64,000 nt of DNA from Octopus sinensis. Lineage: Eukaryota. Location of the stretch: the NCBI RefSeq assembly GCF_006345805.1, contig NW_021833976.1, positions 1 to 64,000 on the forward strand, in the 5' to 3' direction. Position numbers and translations under genes: made by a program. The notes beneath the pieces were generated by a model. It ran no database searches. It was not told the origin of the DNA and saw only the letters and a program-made list of their open reading frames with translations. This document shows, one piece after another, positions 26,011 to 38,792 of this stretch. Within the stretch, counting starts at the first letter, position 1; the number at the start of each line of letters is the position of its first letter.

Positions 26011-27279
26011 CGTTTATCATTTTGTTTTCTATATGAAGACAGTGAGATCGACGTTGCGCAACTTTTCTTCACTTTCAATAAATTCCCAGCGCAAATTGTC
26101 ATTCATGCTTAAACGTGGTTAGATGGACATCTTTTCTGCGATGGACGAACTTTTTGAATAACAATTTAATAATTTAATTTTTTATCTCAGATTTCTAATA
26201 ATCCAAAAAAAATCACGAGTTTAAAAAATTAAAAACATTCTTGCAGATAAAATAAATGAGATCGTTTCTTTACTTCTTTACGTATTAATGGATTCACGCT
26301 GCGAGAAATTTATCCGCAGAGCAAGGTGCATCTTATGCTAATATCAAGAAAATACTGTCTATCTTCCATGAGACCGGGAGATAAAATTATTTAGATATCG
26401 CTAACATTACGATACTAGTTCATAAACTGATACATGATTTATTCACCTTGGATATCATACACATTTACACTTAAAACTTCCACACTAACACATAGGCGAA
26501 TAACACCTAGAAGCCCGATGGCATTAAAATGGCGTTCGCAATGAGAATGCATTCGATTTGCATTATGTATAGCCAAAGAAAAAAATAATAACTGCAGGAA
26601 GTCACAAATAGAACGAAACATTGTCTTCAATATTCCGCTGCAATTGAAAACTGGACAAAGGTGTGTTAATTGATAATTATGTTTAGCGTTGAATCAAAGA
26701 ATAAACGCACTCATTTAATGCTTCTTTCCTTAGTCGTTTATAATGTTCAAGGTAGAATCGCACGTACAGTTGGCAACATTCAAACAATGCACACCCCTCA
26801 TGATGCTTTGAATATTCTCACAAAGGGAATTGCTATAAATCAGGTAATTCTTCAAGGTCTAACAACGATGTTTGTTTTTTAAAATCTGAATCGATGCTCC
26901 CTATGAATAATTCTCTCGTTTGATCATGCATATTTACACAATATTTCCTTGACAAGGGGAGTTGGATCATTTGAAAAAAAGGCACATGATAAACTCGCAT
27001 CGCGTATATAATTAAATTTCATTGACCAATTTGCCACGGTCATGTGATTACCTGAATTCCACAGGAAATGCATGAGATCATATCGTATAGAAAATGGCAA
27101 CACTTTAGGTTTCAAGAATGTAAGTTCAAAACGTAAGCATGCTAAAGCTTGGGATACCTAAAACGATAACTGTCTTTTGCTAATCTTTGTGGTCGCATGC
27201 GTAACATTTAATGACACTAGGATCGGAAAAACAAAGAGGCAACATGCTGAAAACAGATTATGTAACCTCGGTTATTATT

Positions 27280-27496
27280 CTCTTTTTACTCTTTACTCTT
27301 TTACTTGATTCAGTCATTTGACTGCGGCCATGCTGGAGCACCGCCTTTAGTCGAGCAAATCGACCCCGGGACTTATTCTTTGTAAGCACAGTACTTATTC
27401 TATCGGTCTCTTTTGCCGAACCACTAAGTGACGGGGACCTAAACACACCAGCATCGGTTGTCAAGCAATGCAAGGGGGACAAACACAGACACACAA

Positions 27497-27540
<44 letters not shown>

Positions 27541-27705
27541 ACGACAGGCTTCTTTCAGTTTCCGTCTACCAAATCCACTCACAAGGCATTGGTCGGCCCG
27601 AGGCTATAGCAGAAGACACTTGCCCAAGATGCCACGCAGTGGGACTGAACCCGGAATCATGTGGTTGGTTAGCAAGCTACTTACCACACAGCCACTCCTG
27701 CGCCT
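27280..27705 (-). mobile_element. SINE family A
   Basis: Reverse complement match over the full length. Confidence 0.9.
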
Positions 27706-27978
27706 GTAAGATATTATACGTAAGATATTCCAAGAATATGTAAATATTTTGTGACTAAATAATTTCCGTATGTTTCATCTTCACGCAGATAATTGCAATT
27801 ATGCCTTTTTTGTTTTCTCTACATTTCTTTTTCCTCTCAACCCTTTCTGTCGAAGAGCGTAGGCTCGAGATGGTAAAAGCTATCCCATTCTTCCCAAGCG
27901 TCAACCTGTTACAAATTCTTTTTGCTCCCTAACCTCCCTTCGCTATTTGTCATCTTTAAATTTGAATTATATATTATA

Positions 27979-28491
27979 CTAGCAGTATCGCCCGGCGTTG
28001 CTCGGGTTTGTAAGGGAAATAACTATATAAGCATTTTTAGAGAGTTACTTCTCTTATAGATGCCAATTCGGGCTTTCTTAGCCATTTCTGTTTTGGTGTC
28101 TTCAAGCCATGAAGTCGTTGTTCTAAAAGAACGCTGGTCTCCTTGACAACGCTTTACGACGTTGATTTCCTTACACTCCCTTCCCCACAGCTTCACGAGG
28201 GAGGGAAGAAGGGGGAGAAGCAAACAGGTGCAGGTGTGACCATGGACGCCAACTCCGTCGCCATCGACACACGAAAAATTATGCATTAAAATGGAATAAA
28301 AAATGATGTTAAATTATTTTTTAAATCGTAGACTCATCATAGACGCGCGCTAATACTCAGACGGGCTCGATATGAATCACGACTATAAGATACCCGAATT
28401 TGGTTAAACTGCACCGCAAAATGTGGGAGTAGTTAGGAATCTAAATCGAAGGGGACAGACACTCACACAACTACAGTTTTATATATATAGA
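27979..28491 (-). mobile_element. Non-autonomous Helitron with an extra internal segment
   Basis: CTAG end at 27979-27982, hairpin CCCGGCGTTGCTCGGG, TC start at 28491; about 28055-28275 is absent from the other two copies. Confidence 0.85.
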
Positions 28492-28699
28492 TATCATATA
28501 TATGCATACATTATCATACATTATAATTGTTATTGTTCCTGTTATTATTAAATATGTGTACGCAAATGTAGTGATACGAAAGAGTGTGTGAGAATGATAT
28601 AAAATGCATGAATGTATCATCGTGAGACTTGACTGCTTGACATATACAGTAATAGCGCGTTTGAGATTAAGAAAATGTGTGAACTTACAACACATATAT

Positions 28700-28920
28700 T
28701 CAACCGCACCTCGCATCATACCGTTTTGAAAAAGCGCTCGCATTCAACGGTTTTTTTCTCCCGAGTTGATAAGTTACGCTTTACCCTAGGCGCAGTAAGG
28801 TCTACTGACGCGAACCGAGTTGCACCGCATCAGAGTTCGAAATCACGTGAGCTGGATATATCTGCTTCCTCACATGTCCGCTTGTCTTATTTCTGTTTCG
28901 TCAAATTATTACGGTAAGTG
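28700..28920 (+). promoter_or_regulatory. CpG-rich unique island ending in a consensus splice donor; possible promoter or first exon
   Basis: TGACG near 28806, TCACGTGA at 28843-28850, ACG|GTAAGT donor at 28913/28914. Confidence 0.3.
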
Positions 28921-29104
28921 TTTTTTTTGTGACTAATTGAGTTTTTTTTACACTTGTTTCTAGCACTCTGATATTATTTTGTACCCTTAATTATAAATTT
29001 GCTCGTAGGTTTTAATTGCTAATGTGCGTGTGCGTCTACGTCTCTACGTCTGTATTTGTATTATATGTTTAGTATAAATATGCGTGTGTATATATATCTA
29101 TATG

Positions 29105-29205
<101 letters not shown>

Positions 29206-29935
29206 GTGAATATACATAAATATATATACGTATGTGTGCGTGCGTGTTATATATGTATGAATTTATGAATTTACATTCCTTAGACAGAACACAGAGTTAC
29301 ACATACATTCTTAATTCAGTTCGTTAAGTGTTTTGTCTCGGAACGAACAAAATAATTAGGCACTCAAAATAATTATTTAAACTGATTATGTATAAAGTCA
29401 CACATATTTATGCCCGCGTGAGTGTGTAATTGTGTGTGTGTGGCATTCATACACACAGACAATTATATATGTCTGCGTACTGTCAACGATTTATTTTACG
29501 TATATGAAAATAAATGTCGACGTATGTATGTATGTATGAACATATGTAAGTATGTATTTACGTGTATATGTATGCTTCATTATCACAATGTCCTCGACTT
29601 TTCCATATGATAGACTTTAAATAATAACATCTGACCTTGGAAATAATAAGCGAAATATTAATAAAGGTGTGTCCTCATAAGTACACGAACTCGCGCACTC
29701 GAGTACACGTAAATACTATTGATAAACCTATGCATACATCAAAACATACACACATATGTATGCTCCATGTATGTGTATATTTACTGGGTTATGTATAAAG
29801 ATGATATATATGTATATATATATACATATATATATATGTTTGTATATATATATATGTTTGTATATATACATACATACATATGTATATATATAAATATATA
29901 TATGTATATGTGTATATAAGTATATATATGTATTT

Positions 29936-30113
29936 GTGGCTATGTGGTGAGTAGCTTCTTAACAACCACATGGTTCCAGGTTCAGTCCCACTGCGTGGCA
30001 CCTTAGGCAAGTGTCTTCTACTATAGCCTCGGGTCGACCAAACCTTGTAAATGGATTTGGTAGAAGGAAACTGAAAGAAGCCCTTCGTATATATATATTA
30101 TATATATATATAG

Positions 30114-30163
<50 letters not shown>

Positions 30164-30388
30164 CGTGTGTGTATATGTTTGTGTTTCTGTGTTCGTCCAC
30201 CCAACATCGCTTGACAACCGATGCTGGTATGTTTACGTCCCCGTAACTTAGCGATTCGGAAAAAGAGACCGATAGAATGAGTACTGGGCTTATATAGAAT
30301 AAGGCCTGGGATCGATTTGCTCGACTAAAGGCGGTGCTCCAGCATCGCCACAGTCAAATGACTGAAACAAGTAAAAGAGTAAAAGAGT
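29936..30388 (+). mobile_element. SINE family A
   Basis: Match to family A with an expanded internal (TA)n. Confidence 0.9.
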
Positions 30389-30433
30389 ATATATATGTAT
30401 GCATGTATGCATATATATATATATATATATAAA

Positions 30434-31541
30434 AATTGAGGGAGATCAATTAATATTAATTTTAATATCAATTTAAAACCAGTAGTCCAGCATTCAAAAA
30501 ATCTGAGGAGTCAGAGAAAATTCAAATATATGTGTATATTGGCAGGGCTGAGCTGCTAGGTAGCCGGCCAGAATGCTAGAAAAAGATCATCAACGATCAA
30601 ACTACAAGGGAAATTCTCTAGAGGAAGAATTCAGCGAACACCAGAACCAACTTTGGCGGGCAGGTCATATGAAAAATTATATAAATAACAGACTTAAATG
30701 CATACCTCGGTTTCGGTCTTAACAAAAGAATTACTTGCATAATTCAAGTGTCCGTGACTTCATCAGTACATTCGGTCCTCGAGATGCAAACCGCAAGACT
30801 AACCCCAGCTCTCTGTGTCAAGACAGACACGTGCTTAGTCTTACTGATTACATCGGGAATAAAATTTCAAATGTCTTGGTTCCGGCGCGCTGAGAGACTC
30901 CTGAAGCGAAGGGCTGCAGTGAATAATTCACTGCGGGTAGTGCTTACAACTAGGGAACGTATTTATTTAAATATTTAAGTATTTAAAAATTGAGGGAGAT
31001 AAATTAATATTAATTTTAATATCAATTTAAAACCAGTAGTCCAGCATTGAAAATATCTGAGGAGTCAGAGAAAATTCAAATATATGTGTATATTGGCAGG
31101 GCTGGCCTGCTAGGTAGCCGGCCAGAATGCTAGAAAAAGATCATCAACGATCAAACTACAAGGGAAATTCTCTAGAGGAAGAATTCAGCGAACACCAGAA
31201 CCAACTTTGGCGGGCAGGACATATGAAAAATTATATAAATAACAGACTTAAATGCATACCTCGGTTTCGGTCTTAACAAAAGAATTACTTGCATAATTCA
31301 AGTGTCCGTGACTTCATCAGTACATTCGGTCCTCGAGATGCAAACTGCATGACTAACCCCAAGACCGAAACCGAGGTATGCATTTAAGTCTGTTATTTAT
31401 ATAATTTTTCATATGTCCTGCCCGCCAAAGTTGGTTCTGGTGTTCGCTGAATTCTTCCTCTAGAGAATTTCCCTTGTAGTTTGATCGTTGATGATCTTTT
31501 TCTAGCATTCTGGCCGGCTACCTAGCAGGCCAGCCCTGCTA

Positions 31542-31548
<7 letters not shown>
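30434..31548. repeat. Family F: two direct copies (554-bp period) followed by a fold-back copy
   Basis: Units start AATTGAGGGAGAT at 30434 and 30988; 31361-31548 is the reverse complement of 31088-31274. Confidence 0.92.
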
Positions 31549-31623
<75 letters not shown>

Positions 31624-31851
31624 TGTGTATTCAAACACAGAATGATGTTTACGGCGGACAATTATGTTCAGGAGAAATAATATACACAATCTAGTTTGGA
31701 ATACGCGAAAACACGGAGACGAAGGAATTGTGAATGAACTTGGTAAATATATGGCGAAAACAGAATGCATATATATAAATAAGTAGAAAATCTTAATTGT
31801 ATCTATATGTATATACATACACACCTATATATCTATGTATATATATCTGTG

Positions 31852-31888
<37 letters not shown>

Positions 31889-32454
31889 TTCATGCGTACA
31901 TACGTACAGGGCATCATTTTGACATTCTAGCTTTATTTCTTTGTACATAAGTTCGAGGACAATATATATATAATTGCGAAAAAAATTTTAAATGCAATAT
32001 CAAACAAACCAGACATCAACGACAGAAATTGAAGAAGAACAACAGCAACTATAATAGTGAAAATAATAACAATAATGATAATGATGATGAACGTGGTTTT
32101 GGTGAATATTAGGTTTAATATAGTTTTTTTTTCCTTATTGTCTTCAGGCGTATTGGCCTTTCTAATTTGCAAAGTTGTTGTTTTTTTAAAAATTCCAAAT
32201 ATATTGCTTAACAGAAAAAGCTATGAAATTAGTGCAAAAGTGTGTATTGGAGGAGAATACAAAAGTCTAATGGGAAAAGAGGTTAACAAATAGTTTTGGG
32301 TGTTTATCAATTATATATACTTAAAAAAATAAAGTTGATGGCAAAAACAATGCTTTAAGAATCGAAACACAATATGCATAAATACATTACTCATTGCATC
32401 TTCCTCTCTTTCGTTGACTCTCCATCTCTCGCTCTTTCTCCCTCCTTATCTAAC

Positions 32455-32498
32455 TGTCTGTCTGTCTATGTATCTATCTATCTATCTATCTATCTATG

Positions 32499-32561
<63 letters not shown>

Positions 32562-32570
32562 TTATCTATA

Positions 32571-32607
<37 letters not shown>

Positions 32608-32672
32608 ATCTATCTATCTATCTATCTATATGTCTGTCTATCTATCTATCTATCTATATATCTATCTATCTG

Positions 32673-32741
<69 letters not shown>

Positions 32742-32779
32742 TAATCCATCCATCTATCTATCTATCTATCAATCCATCC

Positions 32780-32817
<38 letters not shown>

Positions 32818-32825
32818 ATACTTAT
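32455..32825. repeat. (TATC)n microsatellite
   Basis: Direct inspection. Confidence 0.97.
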
Positions 32826-33097
32826 CTACTTTTAAATAGATGTAATGATTGCATTCTTCAATTAAATGGAGTTGGTCTATTAACTCTGAATATCCTTGTT
32901 GCTTATTTTGATTTTAATCACCTTATTTTGATATTGTATGGATAATACCATACTAAATTCTGGTACCTAAACTTATGTACCATATTCATCTGTATCTACT
33001 TATCCATTTAAATATATATCTGTGTATGTGTGTGTGCATGCACACACACGTACACATGCACACACCTATATACATATATATGTATACACACACACAC

Positions 33098-33129
<32 letters not shown>

Positions 33130-33325
33130 TAAATATAGTATATGTATGTATGTAAAAGTAAAAAAAATATATACAAACTGGGACAAGGACATGAAACATT
33201 TAGAAGACGACACAAAAAACAAGGACGGGACATTCGAAGCCCTCAATCATCAGTCAATAACCGGATCATCTTCGCAATTTCGGCTGATTAATCTTGATAT
33301 ATATATATATATATATATATCCATA

Positions 33326-33620
33326 TACAGGGTGTTCCAGAGTTAATATTCATTTTCAATCCGGAAAATTTTCAGAAATCTGACAAAATTTTATATTCAT
33401 TGCTTAATTTTGATACCAAGATCAATAGATTTATAAATGTTGCTTCGGAACGTGTTTGGAAATTTTCCGTTTGTATTCCTGCAGATTCCAAATTTATACT
33501 TAGCGTTACCAAGAACATTTTGAAGCAGTTGAAGTGTTTTATCCAACACTTCTAAGTTAATGTTTTGAGCAACTTTCGCTAAATTGTTGGTCCATCATGG
33601 GCATGGCGGTAGAGCAAATG
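33326..33620 (-). mobile_element. Probable Tc1/mariner-superfamily 3' end remnant
   Basis: TA-CAGGGTGTTCC terminus; - strand reads EVLDKTLQLLQNVLGNAKYKFGICRNTNGKF, reminiscent of DD(D/E) transposase C-termini. Confidence 0.4.
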
Positions 33621-33769
33621 ACTTCAGCGAAATTGAAAACAAGCTGTTGTGGATAGATAAGCGCAATCGAACCCGAATGAAAATGAAATCATAAATGTAT
33701 TTATAAAAATTTTAATTATATAAGATTGCTAAATAAAAAGGTTTAAAATTTAACTATATATAATAATAC

Positions 33770-33960
33770 TACGAGGGGCGTTCAATAAGTAATGCCCCTG
33801 ACCCAGTTCCCATAGCAGTAGAGCAACGAAACTTGGCACAGTTATTAGTCTTTTTCTACATAGGAACCACCCAGAGTTACACGTTTCTCCCATTGTTTGA
33901 TGCAGCTCTGGAGACCGATTTTTTAGAAGACCCCAGCTTGGTCCTCCAACCACGACGTAA
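33770..33960. mobile_element. Mariner-like terminal fragment
   Basis: TACGAGGGGCGTTCAATAAGTAATGC resembles mariner TIRs; no partner TIR seen. Confidence 0.55.
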
Positions 33961-35378
33961 ATAATAATAATAACAATAATGATATATATATATACATATA
34001 TATATATATGTATGTATGTATAAACAAAGGAAGTGTGTGTTTGTATGTGTGTGTAGTACGTATGCATTGCTACAGTTTTCAACTGATTTTCATTAAACTT
34101 TAAAACATTACTTATGTGCCAAGAATGGTCATGCACTATAACATTTTGCTCAGAGCTGATGCGTAACGCGAGAAACTGGCCGGAGAATGTAGGTGTTTCG
34201 CATGGGGTTTTCTCTAAAAGCTGCAGTTCTCAACCGATTCTTTCCCTTTGACTTCTGGGTTTTTCAAGCGATTCTCTCCTTTTTTCTCTCTCTATTTATT
34301 TATCTCTACTCTTTCTTTTTCTCACCCTCTGCAATACATTCTTTTCACTCTCTCTCCCTCTTTTACACTGGCTCTCTCTCCCCCCTCTCTCTCTATTTGA
34401 CTGCATTGTATTTCAGTTTGGTGGTGCGTAAATATCTTTGATTTCACGCTATTTGTACGTTCTCCTTACAACATTACTTATTTAAAAAATTTTTTGCACT
34501 CCATCTATTATATACACTATTTACATTTATCCCTCAATCGAAAACCGTTTTGATACAGACGATAAGCCTTACTTACTAATCAATGAGGAAGCAAACACGC
34601 CATGAGCGTTCATGCGTTAGAAAACGATATCCAAAAGTGGCGCAAGATTTTATCACTCAAGCTTCTACAGTTTTTTTACGCTGAAATGGCCTTTGTAAAT
34701 TATGTCTACAAATTGACTTCCTTGTGTGATAAAATATTGTTTCACTTTCGTTCTGTCACTTTTAGTTCTAATGTGGAAAATCTATAATATTATTTAACTT
34801 TTATTCTTTCACTTTTGTGTGTGCGTTTGCGCGTTCCATACGGACAAGATAGTAAAGGACAGTTTATACTACAACGACGTCTCATATATGAGTATAAATA
34901 TGTCTCCGACTGAATGTGTATGGGTGTTTAAATGTGTATGTCTCTTAGACTCTCCCGCATTGTAACACTCTTCAATTGCCTCCCCTCAGATTTTTCTACT
35001 TGTTGATTCATTCGCAATCTCACAAACTTCTACACAAGAAAATACAAAATTTCAACAATGTCAATCTCATGAATAGCGTAAGCGAAACCGGTCGACAAAC
35101 ACAATACTCTTTCACTCATAAAATATATTCAAGAATAAATCAAAATTATGTAAACTGTGCATTTTCCTTCTTTTATTTCACGTATATATATTGCTGCTTT
35201 ACAACCCACCATGTGGGATATACGAAATACTCGTTCTCCCTAATTTTTCTTACTATATATATATATGTTCGTATATCTGGGTGTGTGTATACATATGTAT
35301 ACATATATGGCTGGGTATTAATATACACAAAAACATACGAACACATATACATTTACACACGCGTACACACACACACAA

Positions 35379-35409
<31 letters not shown>

Positions 35410-35413
35410 ACAT

Positions 35414-35465
<52 letters not shown>

Positions 35466-35466
<1 letters not shown>

Positions 35467-35772
35467 GAGGTGCAATGGCCCAGTGGTTAGGGCAGTGGGC
35501 TCGCGGTCGTAGGATCGCGGTTTCGATTCCCAGACCGGGCGTTGTGAGTGTTTATTGAGCGAAAACACCTAAATCTCCACGAGGCTCCGGCAGTGGGTGG
35601 TGGTGATCCCTGCTGTAGTCTTTCACCACAACTTTCTCTCACTCTTTCTTCTGTTTGGCCTGCTCGCTTAGCCAGCAGTGTGGCATCATTTGAAGGCTAA
35701 AACAATGTGAAGCGCATTGTGACCAGCGATGTGTAGCAACATCTGATAGCCTGGTCGGTCACTTGATCACAT
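35466..35772 (+). mobile_element. SINE family C, tail type 3
   Basis: A box TGGCCCAGTGG, B box GGTTTCGATTCCC; diverges from other C copies after CTCACTCTT. Confidence 0.85.
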
Positions 35773-36751
35773 GATACATATATATATATATTACATATGT
35801 ACAAAAGATAGAGCTGTAGATTTGAAAATACCATTCCTGCATGCATACGTATGTATAACTCCAAAGACATGCGTCCATATCTATTTACATATAGTGAGAG
35901 AATCTATCTGGTAGATAGAATGTGAGACAACCATTATATTTCTTTCACTTGTTTATTTTAGATGTACGCTATTCAAGTATTATTCATCTCTCAATCAATT
36001 CTTTATTCTATACTACTGTATCTCCCACCGTAGATTTATAAATAGAAACCCATTAACTAAAACATTAATGAGAATATAGCTAGAATGCTTACTTTTATAT
36101 TTAAGTACACTTAGAATACAATATAACATTCCTTTATCAATCCACTTTGCCTGCGAGATTCTAAAGATATGCCAGACAACGTGATCAGACATAATAAAAA
36201 ATATATCAGAAACATGCGCATATACAGCAAAACGTCCCTTGCTTTAGCCTATATAGATTTTTTGTGTGGATGTATACATAAGTGCATGTAGGTATCTACG
36301 TGTATGTATATATATATATTTATATACATACATATTAAGTGTATATATATATATAATATTTATTTATTCATATAAATATATATATATATATATAGATATA
36401 TATATGTATGTATATATATATATATATATGAATATGTATTTATCATTAAACACATACGAGCTTGGACACTTTTCCTTCCCCTGACCTAATCTTCTCTACG
36501 CTTTCGGAAGAAGAACTATGCTCCAAATATTGAACATTTACTGTTTTTCTCACATTTGCTAAGCTCATGCAAGCTAGGTGTACTTCCATTTCTGTTGTGT
36601 TGTTATTTGTCATTTTTAATTAAAATTTCATTGGCCTATATATGTAGGTAGATACAAGCAAATGTATAATATTTATAATATATAATTACGGATATTTGCA
36701 TATATATATATATAATATATAATATATATATATATAAAGTTAATATAAAAA

Positions 36752-36977
36752 GGCGGCGAGCTGGCAGAAACGTTAGCTCGCTGGGCGAAATGCGTGAGCT
36801 GTATTTCGTCTGTCGTCACGTTCGGTTCAAATTCCGCCGAGGTCGACTTTGCCTTTCATCCTTTCGGGTCGATAAATTAAGTACCAGTTACACACTGGGG
36901 TCGATATAATCGACTTAATCCGTTTTTCTGTCCTGTTTGTCCCCGTCTGTGTTTAGCCCCTTGTGGGTAGTAAAGAA
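36752..36977 (+). mobile_element. SINE family B
   Basis: Full-length match, in a (TA)n context. Confidence 0.9.
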
Positions 36978-36988
36978 TATATATATAA

Positions 36989-37190
36989 GTTAATCCAAAG
37001 AAGAAAACACAAAAAAAAACAAAAAAACACAACAACGCGAGACGTGGAAACAAATAAAGTATTATTGGACGCTCAGGAAAAGAAAGGAAGAAGGAGGGTT
37101 AAACGTTTCGAGCGGAGCTCTTCGTCGGAAACAAGGAGAAGGAAAGATCCGAGAAGGAAGACGGAGGAAAAAAATCGCCAGCGGTACTCA
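36989..37190. mobile_element. Family G, probable Penelope-like element terminal remnant
   Basis: Homologues at 39901-40080 and 47316-47395, each starting GTTAATCCA after (TA)n; contains a hammerhead-like motif. Confidence 0.55.
37098..37133 (-). ncRNA. Minimal hammerhead-like motif, U4C variant
   Basis: TGTTT CCGACGA A GAGC-TCC-GCTC GAA ACGT T TAAC; second copy at 39993-40029. Confidence 0.45.
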
Positions 37191-37195
37191 CGAGT

Positions 37196-37254
<59 letters not shown>

Positions 37255-37984
37255 GCCTATGTGGATGTGTGGTTTTAGGCGTGTGTGCGTGCCTGCAGGA
37301 AAAATGTAAACACCTTTGCAGATATTTGAAATAATTCTTATCTGGAACTCCTTCCAGTACTCAATGATTGCATGTAAATATCGATTTCAATGCATCCTTC
37401 TAACGCCTATGACGGCGGTATTAATTCTGCGAGGTTCTCATGGTAACGCACTCTGCTTAGACGCACCCACATAACTCAAACTTTGCTGTGCGTGGGAACT
37501 GTCTGTGCAGTGGCCAGCGCCCTTCGACAGTAGACCGGCCAAATGTCATTCGTAGCAGCATATAGAATTACAGTGACGTTTCCGACACTGCATCGAAATG
37601 GCGACTATGCCAGGAAAAAAATACCGCCTTAGTAAACGTTCTAAATTTAGATTCACGTCAATCTGTATACAAAATTGCCTTTTAAGATCATTACTTCTAT
37701 CGCTAACGTTAATTTAATATATACATATACATATATATATATATAATAACAGAGATACCCGGCGTTGCCCGTGTTATATGCAATTGAAAAAGTTAGACTT
37801 TTATGTTATATTTTCTGTAATGAATTGGAATATCTATGTTTCGAATTTCATCAAAATTGCAGATCAGAGTTAGTTCCATCTTTACATACCCTAAAAAATT
37901 GCAATCGTGTCACATGTCTCCCTACAAGTGACTTTATATATATATTCCAAAATATATATATATAATTATGTATATTATATATAT

Positions 37985-38022
<38 letters not shown>

Positions 38023-38025
<3 letters not shown>

Positions 38026-38224
38026 TAAGGACTGAACACGAAAAGTGGACAGTCAACATTCTAGATATAGACGTCAAATCGCCATTCTCCACAAAGAGTA
38101 TGTTCTCAATAAACTCAGTTTTTATTTGGGAGTTTTATTTGAGAACATACTCTTTGTGGAGAATGGCGATTTGCGTCTATATCTAGCATGTTGACTGTCG
38201 ACTTTTCGTGTTCAGTCCTTAATT
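38023..38224. repeat. Near-perfect ~95-bp inverted repeat with ~13-bp spacer
   Basis: AATTAAGGACTGAACACGAAAAG...AAACTC versus GAG...CTTTTCGTGTTCAGTCCTTAATT; directly after (TA)n. Confidence 0.92.
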
Positions 38225-38280
38225 TGTATGTAAAAATATTTTAATCTTCGGATTCTTTTAATATGCTAGACACTGGTTTA

Positions 38281-38792
38281 AATTGACTATATCAATTTCT
38301 ACCTTTAATTAATTTTATATTATATATCTATATATATATATATCATTATGTATTTATAAATTATATATGTATATATATCATTCTTTTCGTGATGTCTTCT
38401 TTCGTTCGGGATGTTGACGGTTGCCCTAAACGGGAAAAGCACTTTCAAACTTGTATTTTGCTCATGGGAGTGTCCTTATAAATTGTTTGAAGCATGAAAA
38501 CTGTTTCTACCACCGTTTTTCACAGCAGAAAAACAGAATTTAATTGACTAATATCAATTTCTACCTTTAATTAATTTTATATATATATATATATATCATT
38601 ATGTATTTATAAATTATATATGTATATATATCATTCTTTTCGTGATGTCTTCTTTCGTTCGGGATGTTGACGGTTGCCCTAAACGGGAAAAGCACTTTCA
38701 AACTTGTATTTTGCTCATGGGAGTGTCCTTATAAGCTGTTTGAAGCATGAAAACTGTTTCTACCACCGTTTTTCACAGCAGAAAAACAGAAT
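38281..38792. repeat. Two-copy tandem duplication, ~261-bp period
   Basis: AATTGACTA(A)TATCAATTTCTACC at 38281 and 38542. Confidence 0.92.

Noticed and set aside
27065-27119. Exon-like segments ending in GTAAGT (also 44162-44229)
   Set aside because: Acceptor or donor context is weak and the peptides are unrecognised; expected by chance in 64 kb.
30505-30800. Hammerhead readings in family F (CTGAGGAGTCAGAGAAAATTC on +; CTGATGAAGTCACGGAC on -)
   Set aside because: The first lacks stems I and II. The second has a stem II but no GAA after it and an offset stem I.
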